A DNA stretch of 64,000 bases from Phallusia mammillata (GCA_965637545.1 OZ281495.1:14074001-14138000), one strand, 5' to 3'. Positions 11,801-26,129 are shown, numbered from the stretch's first letter. Notes: generated by a model from the sequence alone, not told the origin. Translations and numbers: made by a program.

Positions 11801-14800
11801 GATTTGTCCAATCCTTTGTTTAAGATCAAAACTTCAACTTCTTTCAAGGTCAAAATAAAGGGCCCAAAAATTTCATGTAAACAAACAACCTTACGCATAC
11901 ATAAGAACACGTTGATAAATCAAATCGACATTTAAACTGAAATGGCTTTGGAAAAAAGCAATATCTAATCAAATGCCATAAATCAAGCACATGAGATCGT
12001 TGTCTATATGTGCATCATGTTAATTTGGATTTGCTTTTGACTTCTAGGAAATAGTTGAGAAAATTATTCAACCCAGAGGAAGCACAATATCAGGCCGAAT
12101 ATCCAGGGTTTTAAGAGACGGTCGTTATGGTGTAAGCAGATTCAGTTTTGTTTACGAATCACGCTCTTCTAATTGGCTTGCAACTTAATTCCTGTCCTTT
12201 TGTGGCGTTTACATTAAACTGCCGTTTGGCTAATTCGTGCGGTTATGTATATAATTTGCTCAAAACTCCCCGAATCACAGGGCGTTATTTACATGGTGAA
12301 ATATCGTGTTATAATGTCGATATTACCAATTTGCTTGTAATTACTTCATCATGATGTATATCCAACGTTCGTTTGATCCATAAAAGGCATTTAGTGAGTC
12401 ACCCAAGGCTATCTTTAGCCACGCTTTTGAGATTCTTAACAAATTTACATTAGAGATGACTCATGGATATCAACCTTCCGATTAGACACAGACCTTGAGG
12501 AACGTGGGGGCGCCGAACTTGTATGACATGCGAAGTGCAACAAGCTGAGTCATTGCATATCAGCGTTGAAAGGATATAGGGTGACACAATATTTTGGATA
12601 AATTCGCAGCGAACCCAATTGTCGTGGCATAAAATGTTCAGACCGGGCCAGACGCGCCTTCCTGTTCAATTTTGATCACAATAGTAAATTAATTTTTACC
12701 TTCATTTTGCGTAAAGAACAACTGCGTGTCCATTTTGCATAAAAAACAACATCTCATGATCGACATCTCTGCAAAACAGTTTTACTTCAGTCATAGGACT
12801 TAAAGATCCGATGAAGACCAAAACAAAAACGCATGGTAATATTGAAGCCTAACGTTTAGGTTACATATTTTAACTACACGGGTGTAACTTGCACAAAACT
12901 TCTACCGAAGTTATTACGAGCTAACATGCAAAACACTCGTCGCAAGAACCCTTATGGCAGCGTCAAAATCAATTGCTTAATCTGAAATCATTCCTCAACA
13001 AAAAACTTACAATGCGACAAGTTGCGATGAATGCGTCTTATACATCGCAATTCTGCATGCATTGTGATGCAATAATACGGTTTCATGATTTTTTATGCTC
13101 AATGCTTGAAATGATTGTAATGTCATAGTAATGAATCGTGCTATCATTTTGTGGTCACAACTCACTACGAGGCTAAATTGACACGAAAACTTTGATAACG
13201 CAGCATTGCCTAAAACTGTTTAATAAACGCGTTACTGAACTAGAAATGGGTCCCATCAAAGTGGCCGCAATCGTAATTTTATCTTAACAATTAAACGATC
13301 AGTTACTTACAGATGAAACCCAGAAACGAAATTCCCGATCATCGAACTCAAATAATGGGTGGGAAGAGATGCAAGAATCTTCACACGGCCACTGGACATT
13401 ACAAGGGTCACATTGTGGCGGTCAAACGGCTTCGAGCGCGGAGAATGTCCTTGGAGAGACCAAAAATATGTGACCTCGATCAGGTACACAAAAAATTGGT
13501 AACAGCAAATGATATGCTACGCGGCTGGATGTGGATTAAGATTCCCGAAAAAAAAAACGAGTTCGCACTAAATACACGTTATAACGTGGAGATAACTGGT
13601 GTTTTTGGTCGGACGATAGCACTTGTTCGCTTTCGTGGAAAAGGCGAATCTTCCCAATTAAACAAACTTCTTGCGCTTTACATATGTTGCGGGCTTGCAG
13701 CGGATTTTTTGCCATGAAAGGTCGAAGGTAATTCTGTGCTTTGCCGTATAAAGCTGGATTGGGATCTGCTCTGCGGTTTCACAAGGCACTTTGCGTGGCA
13801 CGTGCAGACAGCACAAATAGAGCGATCTTGTACCGGGCTTCCGTATTCATTAAAGAGTAATGGCGCCGCGTTCGTGTTTTCATTAGGCTTGTAAACATTA
13901 CATGAACCTCTGAAGTGCGGTAAATCGGGCGAAACGTCAACAAGCAATCCTCCCTTGTGCGCCTACGCCCTAACAAAGTCACGTTTCCATGGCACCAGGC
14001 CCCTCTTGAAGGTCACACCGACATTGACAACAATTGAAATACAATTTCGCTGGAAGATTACATCGCAAACATGCCAATTAAGTCCATTGATCGAAGAATG
14101 CGGTGGAAGAGTTTCATTTTAAGACGAGACCTGATTGGTCGTGTCCTTTTATGGCCTTCGTTACCCACAGAATTTAGGTGGAGCTGCTTAAATAGGTTTA
14201 CGCCCTGCAAGGCAGCCGATGTAATCCCATTTAAAACTTGTAATTTCGTCGCGAATATTTCAGAGCAAGAGTTCGACGCTGTCAAGCGCTTTATAACAAA
14301 TAGATCATGCAATTCGAAACGAACTTTTTAACGAACATCGTGCATACGTGAGCTCGAACCAATTAACAGCACAAAACAAGGTACAGCTTCGTTGGGAATC
14401 CGTCTCTTCCCGGGAAAAATACATTCAATATTCAAATGCCTGATATCATAAAGACATAAAGTGACAATGTAGTGACATAATCGATTGATCGACTATTGCC
14501 TATACGGTGGCACTCCTCCACAAGGTTTTGGGAGTCAAAAACACTTTTCAAAACAGTTTTAACATTTGATTTTTTACCTAAACATGAGAATATCCGTGTG
14601 ATTTTTTTAAATGGTCCCTATTTGACCAAATAATCGACAAAGACAAAAAAACTACCGTAGGCATAAACAAGTATTTTAAAAGCAGCATTCGATCGCTTGT
14701 CCAATTCAAACACAACAGAAACCATTAATAATGTTAAACTAGTCAAGTACAAGTAAATAATCGTATAATAGTTTGGGTTATCCCGTTGTTACAGCATACC

Positions 14801-17800
14801 TGACACCGGCTAAAACACGCCGCGCATCCTTCGAATTTTAGCAATGATTTACCGTGTTGCGCAACCAGGGCAATTAACACTCGTTACTCCTCTGCAGATT
14901 TTTATGCTGAACCACGAGCACGTGTGCAAATTTTACGGAGCCAACTACGCCGGCACGTACGTCACCGTTTTGACGGAGTATTGCAGCAGAGGATCGCTGC
15001 AAGACTTACTGAGGGAAAACGGTGAATGGGATGACGTTTTTAAGTAAGTTTGTGATCGATATGCCAAACTGGTAAAATACTAACGCGTATGAATATCTTG
15101 AAAACATTGCATTGTACAGCACAAATGTTTATCGGTAAGGGGTCGACAACAGACTTTTTTACTTACGTACCAACAATTCTCTAAATTATGTACCAACCAC
15201 TAATTTCCTATTTAGTGTTTGCGAAACTATTCTGTTACCCTTCCACCACTTTTTCTAATTTCAACTTACAATCAATACAAACAGGAATATTACATTATTT
15301 CGTATTTTTAATAGGTGCTTAATTTCGTTTATGGCGACATCAATACATTTTAGTCAGCGTTTCAACATTAGTCATAAAGCTATTAAAATGGCGATGATAG
15401 GCAAGCGAGTGTTTTGTTTTTGTTTAGCTAAAAAAAATTCTTACTCAACGAAAATGTTACATAAGTTGTTTTGGAGAGATTAATATTAATTCACTTGAAC
15501 TAACAACAAATATGATTTTAAAACATCCATCAGAAAGCATTTTTTACTTGCGGTCGAACTCAGCCGAAATTGTTCGCTCTTTTGGGCAAATTTTCGGTTT
15601 CGGCCTGAACCGTCGGAGTAGGTTCGGTGCATCATTAGCTTCAATACAACAACAAAGCTCGTAACAAAGTTACACAATAGGCCCGGAATGTCATGACCGT
15701 TTTCAATCCCTTTTAATTACAGAAGAAAGTCACTTCGGGTCGCTTTGTTTTAAAACGCGTCGCAAAATTAAAGCTTCTTTATTCCTATTCAAAATCATAA
15801 GTACTTGCTGACAGCACACAACGGAATTTGAAGTGACCGAACACAGTTCAAAGTAATTGGCTGAAGGTCAAAAGCGGGACAGTTTTGTGCAGCAGATTAA
15901 GTGTTTCAATGTCGTTAAGACGGAAACATTTTAAAAATCTTTGTTACGTTTGTATATATTTTATATGGCAATGGGACCAATGGCTACTTGGAAAGGAAAG
16001 AAAACACGATTGGTACCAAAATTTTGTTTGTTGCTAAAACCACTGCAAAATTATACAGCGCAACCGGATATAAGTGACAAATTCAAAATGTTACCAAACC
16101 CCCATGTCGATATCGCAACGGTAACAGCTTACTCAATCACCATTCATACAGTGTCAAAAAGTTGTATTCGAGCAAGCTTCTGCGTCAAAGCATTTAACGA
16201 ATAATGATCACAGGAATTCTCTGATTTTTGACATCGTCAAAGGAATGATGTTTTTGCATCGGAGCAAAGTTCACTCTCATGGCAACTTGAAGCCGTCTAA
16301 CTGCCTCATCGACAGCAGGTTTATGGTGAAAATCACCGACTTCGGCTGCATCGGACAGCGACTAAAGACCACGAGAAAAAATAACAACGAAAAGACAAGT
16401 CCATATTACAGTACGTATGTTGGCGACTCTTAAGGTTTTGAACAAGTGCCACTTGTATGAATATGAGTCCTGTACATGCAATTTTTGACGACAAAAACTT
16501 TAAATAGTGTTTATATGTTGTGGTATGTACCAGGTCTATGCAACAGGTAGATTTCTGATGTTAAAAACAAGCACACGCTGATTGTGCATTAGGTCAAACA
16601 CATAAATTCACAAGTAAAACGTAAGTTATGTCCATAATTAAAGCCAACTATACTATGGTATTCCAAAAGATCAACGTATTTAAAAAAATGCTATTGACGT
16701 GTCATTATATCATTAATTATTTTCAGCAGCCCACTATTTAAAGTTGTCCCATTTACCCAGGAAAACTTTGGACAGCACCGGAGCTCTTGCGCGCCATTAT
16801 TCCTCCTAACGAGGGAAGTCAGAAAGGTGACGTGTACAGCTTTTCAATTATTGCACAGGAAATTCTCTATCAGCGTGGAGTGTTTTATCGAGGAGAGGAC
16901 GCTTACAACGCAGAAGGTAAGATAAAATCATGAAGCTAATTGACCCTTTATGTTTGTTTGAACTATGAAGAGTTTAGTGCACGGGTAAATCGAAAGGCAG
17001 TATATATTTTGTTAAACCCATGGTATATTTTCTATTTACTAATGAGGTTTGACAATCAAAGTGATCTGTTGACTTTGACAATTGCTTACAACTTTAGGAC
17101 CATTACAACTTTCCGTTTTACCGAGAAGCTTCCGAAAACAAGGCCCCGCTGCTATATTTATATTTTTTGAAACCATTAAGTACTTCACGTTAATCTGCAT
17201 CAAACCGTAAACATTTGGTCGCCTGTGTCGGTCCAGAACATGATTTTGGCGAAATTTTGTTTGAGGTTTTACCATCTGTGTTGTAAATAGACAGAAAACA
17301 GAGAAATGGTTTCGCACACAGCGCTATAATTTCCTCAAGTGTAGCGTAAACATTAACATCGATTAACGCCATAGCTAAGAAACTGAGATCCGCCGCGTTG
17401 TCGGGACCAAGCACAATCCTCCGTCAGCAAAATCTCTTTCTTTTGATGAAGCTTGTCTCAAAATTATGCCATTTTTAAAGCAGACGATATTAATGTGGAG
17501 TTTTGGTCGTAGAAATTGTTCAACGTGTAACTTCACCCCGTTCCGACGAGGAAATATTCCGTCCATGTCTAGAGGACGATGATGACGTAGTAATCGACCC
17601 CTTGTGGCGAAAAGTTCTGCGCAAGAGCTGGGCGGAAAAAGCGAAAGACCGACCGGCGTTTCACGAAATTCATCAGATGGCTGGAACGTTACAAAAGTAA
17701 GGCCTAAAAGCGCTCAAATCTTATTTTCATGTGTAATTGTGATAACCACTGCAAAGGATAAGGAATAAACGCATAAAAAGTAGTAAATTTGGTTGCGACA

Positions 17801-20800
17801 AATAGGCTTGTCATATCTACAAACATTCAGAAAGATTTATACTTTTCATAACTGTTGCCCGGTGCCAAACGCTTATGATTTCGAGAAACTATAAATATAC
17901 ATGTAATATTGATTGACATAAAACAGGTCAAGTCAGACGCACGCAGAGCAGAAAATCAGACTTACAAAATCCCACTGCGCAAACGCTTGATACTAAGTAG
18001 AAAACCACGCACAACACATCATCATATTTTAATGGGATATTTCGACATTTTATGATCAAAGTGTAGCATCACCGAAAATATGTGCCATGGCCAGGTTCTA
18101 ACCCATATAAGCCCGATTAGTTTATTATTTGCAAGGTAACATCCTGCGCACTTGGCCATAGCGTGACTCATAGTTCTTAGATTCCCTTCGTTAGTATCGT
18201 ATCTATTTTTACAGCAGTTTGCGTGTTTAATTACCCCGTTATTGCCAGCGAAGTGTAGCTCCGCCAGTCACAGCTCGCCTTGGCGTTAACAGGCACGTGA
18301 AGTGGTTTGGTCCTGTGTAGCATCAGGTTCGGCAAATTAAGCTCATCAATCGCTGGCATGTTTACTACAAGGCTGCGCACGCGATCGGCCGTAGATGTCA
18401 CCTTAAGCTTCAGTACTAAGTGGCCGACAAGATTCCCAAATACGGATCACGACTAAATAAAGAAACGCGCGTAGCTGAGCTATGGTATGTCGTTAAGAAT
18501 TTTCCCACACTAAGCTAAATCTACGACTAGGTTGGTCAATGGTTTATTATTCAACAGCTTATAATGGCGTGTTGAACCAAATCGCATTACACGACCGCTA
18601 ACTTGCAATTTATTTGGCTTGTCGAATTCTTAGAATCGCAGCTTGTTAGCAAGGCTCAAAGACAATTAAAAAACTCGATGACAGATTGTGCTTGGTGATA
18701 AATCTGTAGCGACACCATGCGATAGAATATATTTATGCAAACTAATAAAGTTTATGTATTTATGTATGGCGCAATCATGGACGATTAAAATATTTCACCG
18801 AAAACCTTCAAACAAAATAATTTAACTAAAGTATTAGGAAACCACTACGGTGCAATTTGACAAATGCGAAAGCAATACAAGCATACTATTTAAAAAAACA
18901 ATCCATGCAAAACATAAACGTAGTGTTAATAATAGAGCAAAGACATTTACCACGCGGCTGGTTCTATTTCACAGAGACACAAACTTGTTCGACAACCTCT
19001 TGCAGCGGTTGCAGCAGTATTCGTACCGCCTTGAAGAACAAGTAGAAGAAAAGACTGAACAGTATAAAGCCGAGAAGGAAAAATCGGACAGTTTATTGTA
19101 TCAGATGCTTCCTAAACCCGTGGCTGACCGACTAAAGCTAAATACGGTCAGTAAATTCTCATATTTATTTTTTCACTTCCGTTTTAAATCCCCTAATTCG
19201 GATTCTAATTCTGCCGAGGAATTCGATGTTGGCCTAATTACTCGTTGCGGTAGAAGTACCATGAAACCGCGGTCAAATCTTAGGAAAATGTCGAGTAATT
19301 TCAAATTTGTCTGATAAAGTGAAGAAATATTTTGTATTTTTTTTGTTAGGACGTGATGCCGAAAAGTTACGACAGCGTAACAGTGTATTTCAGCGACATC
19401 GTTGGTTTTTCAACGATTTGCCACCAAAGCGAACCTTTGGAGGTCGTGAAAATGCTTAACGACCTTTATACGATGTTTGATCATATCATTGAGGAATTTG
19501 ATGTCTACAAGGTAAAAATACTCACAAATTTAGCGTCTAAACTGTATTTAATAATGTAACCCGATATTCACAACTTTTTTAAAAATGTTTAGTTAATGCT
19601 TTGGTTTAAAACCGAAACCTACTACGCGTACTCCAACCTGGGCGACCGCCCAAATCGCCTAAAACCTGGATAAAAACAACATTTTTTCTGCGTGTCTAGG
19701 TCGAAACGATTGGGGACGCATATATGGTTGCATCTGGGCTTCCTGACACAAATGGCAATCTTCACGCCAGAGAGATCGCAAGAATGGCGTTATCGCTGGT
19801 CGATAGCGTGGCAAATTCATTTGTAATTCAGTAAGTCCCTATGAAAAGTAATGACAAACTATTTCTCTTAACTTTCGTTCGAAACAGATTTTTGTTATTT
19901 TTCAGACATATGCCAGAAACACAACTAAAGCTTAGGGCTGGCATCCACAGTGGCCCTGTGGTGGCAGGAGTGGTTGGTCTCAAAATGCCAAGATATTGTT
20001 TGTTCGGTGACACTGTGAACACAGCAGCACGAATGGAACAACACGGGCGAGGTAAGCACTCGTAGAGTGTGTATCAAGTTATTTGGGATAGTTATAACAG
20101 CAGTTGTGTTGTTTTTCAGAATTAAAAATCCACGTTTCACCGAGCACCAAAGAAATATTGGATGTATTCCAAACTTTTCGACTCATGAAGCGTAAGGACA
20201 GTGTTGTACTCAAGGTAAGTGAAAATAGTAGCAAAAAGTTTAACGCCACACATTTTACCAGTTTGTAACAAAAAATCTATATCTTTAGGGACTGGGAGAG
20301 TGGAACACTTGGTGGCTGCTCGGAGAAGAGCAAGCAAATGTTGCTACCTCGCCCCAAATCGTTGACGTTTCAACACTAGACCTTGTAGAAGCCCAAAAGT
20401 TGAGACTAGAGTCGACTACGTCCACTGTGATGAGTTCATTGCCAGACTCGCCCACAGGCTACTGTGAAACCGTTTTTACTGTGGAGAACGAGACTGTGGA
20501 AGAAAGTGTCGATGCTTTTGAAGAAACCGTCCCACCCTGTAGCGAGGCAAGGCGGGGAAGCGGCTACACGCACACTCCGCGATACAAACGTTCAGTATTG
20601 TCTATTTCCGACAAGAAACGACGATTGGGTACCACTGCCCGTCCGCCAGTAACAATATCCTACGTTAGTGGCAACCCTTGCTACAAACAAATGGTAGCGG
20701 AGGACGGAGACTCAGACAAAGAGAATTCGATTCAACAAGAACCGAAAGTAAGACGAAACGGCGTGGACGAATCATCTACGCGGCGTCACAAAGCCATAGG

Positions 20801-20864
20801 CAGAGACAGCGGAATCTATTTGGCATTTGATAATGGCGGCTGCGTTACGGAAGACGACACTTGA
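8880..20864 (+). CDS. Receptor guanylyl cyclase GC-2 (atrial natriuretic peptide receptor-like), 5' ectodomain unresolved; exons 8880-9026, 9627-9699, 11082-11187, 12048-12131, 13313-13483, 14898-15043, 16214-16410, 16761-16916, 17513-17696, 18975-19146, 19350-19511, 19700-19830, 19906-20051, 20120-20214, 20289-20864
   Basis: All intron phases are compatible. Juxtamembrane Cys pair ([12 protein letters not shown]), TM helix ([24 protein letters not shown]), WKVKWDDI, pseudokinase [23 protein letters not shown] and KLWTAPELL, coiled coil (..[18 protein letters not shown]), and cyclase [36 protein letters not shown] with the GTP-specifying E and C and both metal-binding Asp. Confidence 0.93.
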
Positions 20865-22032
20865 ACGGGCGGGAGTAATTAGTGGGACGATTTGCACGCG
20901 CATGATGATTACACTATGCAACACTTGCGCCCCTCCCGTGCATATGTTGCGGTCGCGAAGCGCGCCCAGCCAGTGCGACCCGTTGGAGACCAATTAAGCG
21001 AATAGTTTCAAGCGAATGTCAAGTGGAAAGGCACTCCTTTGCACCCGCATATATGGAAATAGACAAACTATTACCGATGAACAACAGTCTCGAAACAAGC
21101 CCATTAGCCAATCACAACTGTTCTTACTGGATGAACTTATATAACATGAAATTGGCAGCTCTGCATACTTTGAGCTGAAAAAGCTTATTTCTGGTTACAC
21201 CGTACGTAGCACAAAAAGATTTGATGTACAATGTGAGAGCAACGTTGCTTGCCATACAAACACGTACCCTATGTTCTTTTGATTTATGTACTCAGAAATA
21301 TATATCTATATTACTTGCACATCCTTATTCCACTTTGTTATTGATCGAAACATATGAGCAATATTTCAATATATTTACACTTTGATACTGTTGATTATGA
21401 TTTGCAGATATACGAAACGGCATTTTAAACTAAGCATTACACTTTAAATTCGCGTTTCAAAGAAAAACATAACAAAACATTTCTAGTTGATTCAACTCGG
21501 AACCTACACCCTAATACGGACCAAAACCTACACCAAAACTTTAAATGTAAATTATGATTCCTCACACTCAAACAACTGCAATTTTCGAAACATTTACATT
21601 TGGTGGACATTGAACGGCTTGTTTGCACATACTTCTAATTTTTGGAACAGATTTCAGAAACTAATAAGTAAACTTACCTTTAAAAAAGATATGTTAGTTC
21701 AAAGATTGAAGTGCACTTGCAAAAGCTGTTGTCAAAAGTCCCAATTATCAAACATCAGACCTATAACTTGCATTAAGCGGTGTAAACAGCAAGCAAAGAA
21801 AGCAGCAAGCAAGATAACAAAACGTTCGACAACTAGACAAAGGTGCAAATGCAATACCTAAAGCGTGTCCCGCTGTAAAACATAGAAATTATGTCCACCT
21901 ATTTTGTAAAGTAAGCTTAGTTGTTTTGTAGACGAGGTTGGCGATTAACATGTAGTTTTGTTTAACAAATTTGTCGTTCAACTGGTGTAATGCTGAACAA
22001 AATACTAATTGTTGTTTTTAAGAACTTGTATT

Positions 22033-22078
22033 TCGCTAACGTTTCGCCCACCAGAACGGTAGGGCTTCATCAGAGCAA
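22033..22078 (-). ncRNA. Minimal type I hammerhead ribozyme in the PLE 3' region
   Basis: The minus strand reads UUGCU-CUGAUGA-A-GCCCUACC GUUCU GGUGGGC-GAAA-CGU-U-AGCGA. The core is intact; stem II is GCCC/GGGC plus ACC/GGU; stem I is UUGCU/AGCGA; stem III is the palindrome ACGU. Confidence 0.85.
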
Positions 22079-22205
22079 TGAACGATATAATGCGAGCACA
22101 ACAGGCGAAAATGCACAAGCGCAGCGGGATATAACGTAAAGTAATTATAAGAGGATAAAGGCTTATCGTGATGGGTTGAGTGTGCTATATTGTGACAGTG
22201 CGTAA

Positions 22206-23477
22206 CTAATGTCCGATATTTGAAGAGGAAGTCGGACGCAAAATGTCGCGGAAAACTGGGCTGAGGTTTTTGCCGTCGTTACGGTTCAAAACATTTGGAT
22301 TAGAATTTATGAGGCAACTTTCAAAGACCAATCTTTTCGACCAATTAGGTTCCTGTTTCAAAACTTGGGCATCGTTCCCATTAATGCGGTGATCACATAC
22401 AAAAACGTGTTCGCATAAGGCGGACTTGTTAACATCCATGTTTCTGACTGCCACTTTGTGTTCCTTGAGACGTGAATTTAGATTCCGCTTAGTTTGACCA
22501 ATGTATACCATCTCACAATCACGGCAAGGGACCTGGTAAACAACTCCTGTACGATGTTGTGGTATAGTGGCATCTTCTGGTTTTGGTAGAAACTGCCCAA
22601 TAGTTTTAAGAGGTTTCATTGCCACTTTTACCCCAGCATCATTCAGGATTCGTTTTAGGCGCTCCGATACACCCTGGACATAAGGTAAGCATGTGAATGA
22701 TTTAAACTGTCTGTTTTGTGAGGTGGTTGTGTTATAGGTCAAGTGGTGTAAGTTACGCGGGAAACCGTTATTCTTTAACACGCGTGCGTGTTTGTGAATA
22801 ACCGTATCCTTGATGTGAGTTGTGGATCTGTTGTAAAGCGTTTTGGCGACTGTAAGTTTTTGGTGCCGTGGATGGTGAGACGTGTAGTGTAGGTAGCGGT
22901 CAGTGTTCGTGGGCTTCTTGTATATGCCAGTGGTGAGCCTTTGATCTGGCTGCCTGGTAACAGCCACATCTAAAAACGCAATGGTATCGTGTTGTTCGGT
23001 TTCCATGGTGAAAGCTATTGTAGGTGATATGGTGTTCAGGTGTGTGTGAAATGTGTGGACCATGTTTCTGTCGATAATGACGTATGTGTCATCAACGTAT
23101 CGAAGCCATAGACGTGGTGGTGTGTGGAAAGTTGCAAGTGCCTTCTGCTCTATGTGTTCCATAGTGAGGTTAGCAAGAATAGCTGAAATAGGAGAGCCCA
23201 TGGGTGTACCAAAGATTTGTTTGTATATTGTGTCTCTATAAGTAAAAACTGTTGCGTTAAGACAAATCTGTAAAGCTGTTTGTATGTGAGAAAGATCTAG
23301 CCCGGTGCGTTCGTGTAGTGTAGTGTCGTGTTTGAGTTTGTCCAGAGTGACCGCGAGTGCCAAATCGGTAGGTATGGACGTAAACAAACTGACAACATCA
23401 AAAGAAACTTGGCATTCGCTTGGTTTTATATTAAAATTCGAAATAGTTTCTAAAAAGTCCAAAGAGTTTTTAATTGT
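22206..23477 (-). pseudogene. PLE reverse transcriptase + GIY-YIG endonuclease, C-terminal fragment
   Basis: ORF 22206-23462 carries RT core, thumb and GIY-YIG motifs. It is separated from its N-terminus by insertion, and the thumb region looks shortened. Confidence 0.88.
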
Positions 23478-26129
23478 TGTAACGTCAGGAATTTGCGCGC
23501 CTGGTACCGCGCTGGCGTCACACTAGAGAAGTCCAATTTCTGGAAACGCGTGAATTTATTTTACACGTCAACACGGTTCAATACGACACGGTAATCACGT
23601 CACGTTCACGGTAGACACGACACGACCACTGATCTCTATAAACCCTGGATTGCGCTACTGGCCGTCACGGTTGAAGCAAATTGAAGCGTAATGGCGGCTG
23701 CAAAAGGAAGCCCCAAAAATGCATTGCGGGCAATGGGGAGAGAGTGGAAAAATGTCGATAAATTTTGTTTAAGGCATTTTTGTGGCAGATATGATCAGTA
23801 GTTTAATAGGACGCATGTCTTCCAGTGTCTAATAATCAATAAATATGCGTAGATTGACTGTGAGGTGTATGTATGTGTACTGGAAATTAAAACGTTTTTA
23901 AGTTAGTGTTGAAATAAATCTTTACTGAGTGGTGATCAATGTTTCTTGTGCAATATAAGTAATTTCCGTGCTTTTTTAAGTATTTAGGACTTAAATCCAA
24001 CAAGATGGCTATTTTTTCATACAAGGTGATGTGATACTTTGTATGACATTACCTTGCTTATCCAAACTGCTTGTTTTTGACTGTCATCAAACTCCAGGAA
24101 ATTTTGAGGAACAAGTGGTTTGAACGTTTTAATTAAAAACACAAAATAATAATACAATTAATATTTCAACTATTTTGCTTAAAATATTTTTAACAGTATT
24201 TGACTTTTTTTCTTGATTGAGTGCATTTGATTTGGGTGTTTATTACCTATTATAAAATTGGTGTTATAAAAACTTTAAAAATTCTCATGAAGTTGTTTCT
24301 AAACATTTCAGACACAATAGGGTTTATGTTTCTCCAATAAGCAACATGAATTGTCTTAGGTAAAGTCCACTGGAAATGTTTTAGTTTCTTCCCACACCCT
24401 CAAGCTTCACGACACTGCAAGATTACAATACAGCCTTTTTCTGCAACAAATACACTATGAAGGAATTGGAATTACATTAAATATTTTTTTTGTGTGTACT
24501 CTTTTACTAGGACTAAGTATGTCTTGTAATCATCTCTGAAACATAGCCTGTGACATGATATGCTGCACATTTTAAACTTAATTAACAACTTTGAGGTTTT
24601 TTTTATCTGGTGAATGCACTATCTGTTATAATGGGATCACCAATAATAGTGATGCATCTGACAATAAACGCAGGATATCTGTATGAACTTGCCAATATAG
24701 TGCATTTGTAATCGTTGCCTTCATTCCTGTTTTGCAAGAAAGAATTAAGTGTTGGAGTGTTGTGCAGGCATGTTTTTTTGCAGGAAATTGCATATTGAAT
24801 GGAAATGAAATGGAAATAAAACAATATGTCATGATTCTGACTAAAATAGTACATAAATAGGCATCTCATTTGGGTGTGAGGTCTTAAATGCATTTATGTA
24901 CATGTATCTCTTTGAGATTTTGGAGTTTAGTTAAGTTTGAGAATTCGAAACATTTTACCAAAAATTTATTCTACACATGTTGGTTGCAAACTGAAAAGGT
25001 TACATTAAATAAGCTAAAATTGAGCATACTAGGTTTACAGTTTGTAGCATACAAGTAAAAATGTTAAACCTACTGCAACAAACTTTAAAGTCACATTTTA
25101 GTTCCAAGACTTTGGTGACAATCAAAAACAGCAGTTTGGATCAGCACAAGATGATGTTAAATGAAGCATCACATCATCATGTGTGAAGGAAAGAGCCATT
25201 CTTGTTGGATTTATGTCTTAAATATAGAGGAACGCATGTAAACTACTCATATTGAACCAAAACAACATTTATTACAACTCAGTAAAGATTTATTTCAACA
25301 CTAACTTAAAAACGTTTTAATTCCCAGTACACATACTTACACCTCACAGTCAATCTACGCATATTTATAGGTTATTACACACTGGAATACATGCGTCCTA
25401 TTAAACTACTGATCATATCTGAAAAAAATCGCCACAAAAATGCCTAAAACAAAATTTATCGACATTTTTCCACTCTCTCCCCATTGCCCGCAATGCATTT
25501 TTGGGGCTTCCTTTTGCAGCCGCCATTACGCTTCAATTTGCTTCAAAAATCACCAAACCGTTCAACGGAGTAGCTCAATCCAGGGTTTATAGAGATCAGT
25601 GGACACGACACGACACGGTTTTCTGCAAAGAGAACATTCACTCAAAAATGGGAAACAGAAATTAACTTTATGCCGGCAGAAATAAAGCTTACCAGAGTTT
25701 TGGACCAGGGCAGCCTATCAAAGATACAAATATCTTGAAATCGTCAGAAAGCATTCTACACACATAAAAAACGATAATTGAAATGTACGGCAAGTCGGGC
25801 AACTGAAATGCAAATCAAGCTTACCTTGCAAAGGCAACATTATTCCTTTTCGTCAGAGTTTTTAAGTTCATAAAGCACTACCATCTATTAATGACAAACA
25901 AATTATATTTAGTCACTTTCATTACTTTGTCTAACGGCTGCAAATTCAAGTCAGCAACTAACGAACTACACGTGGTCCAAACTAAACTCAATACTAAATG
26001 GCCAAAAGCACAGCATAGAGAAATAAACTACAATGATATTGTTACGTCGTAGCGGATTCGGGCATTGTGGTGCAATCACACCATATAAGATGTGACGTAG
26101 GTTACGGTTGAGTGATTTACGATGTTACA
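23478..26129. mobile_element. Solo-LTR-like insertion (about 670 bp of its own sequence) with TG..CA ends and a 5-bp TSD
   Basis: Ends TGTAACGTC and GATGTTACA (8/9 inverted match). ATTGT is duplicated at 23473-23477 and 26130-26134. Removing the insert and one TSD copy restores the PLE frame (GRSDYTIKNSLDFLET). Confidence 0.8.
23627..25601. mobile_element. Non-autonomous foldback-type DNA transposon with about 470-bp TIRs and CACTG termini
   Basis: CACTGATCTCTATAAACCCTGGATTG.. at 23627 is mirrored by ..CAATCCAGGGTTTATAGAGATCAGTG ending at 25601. Inverted homology continues to about 24100 versus 25105. Both flanks read GACACGAC. No credible internal ORF. Confidence 0.9.
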
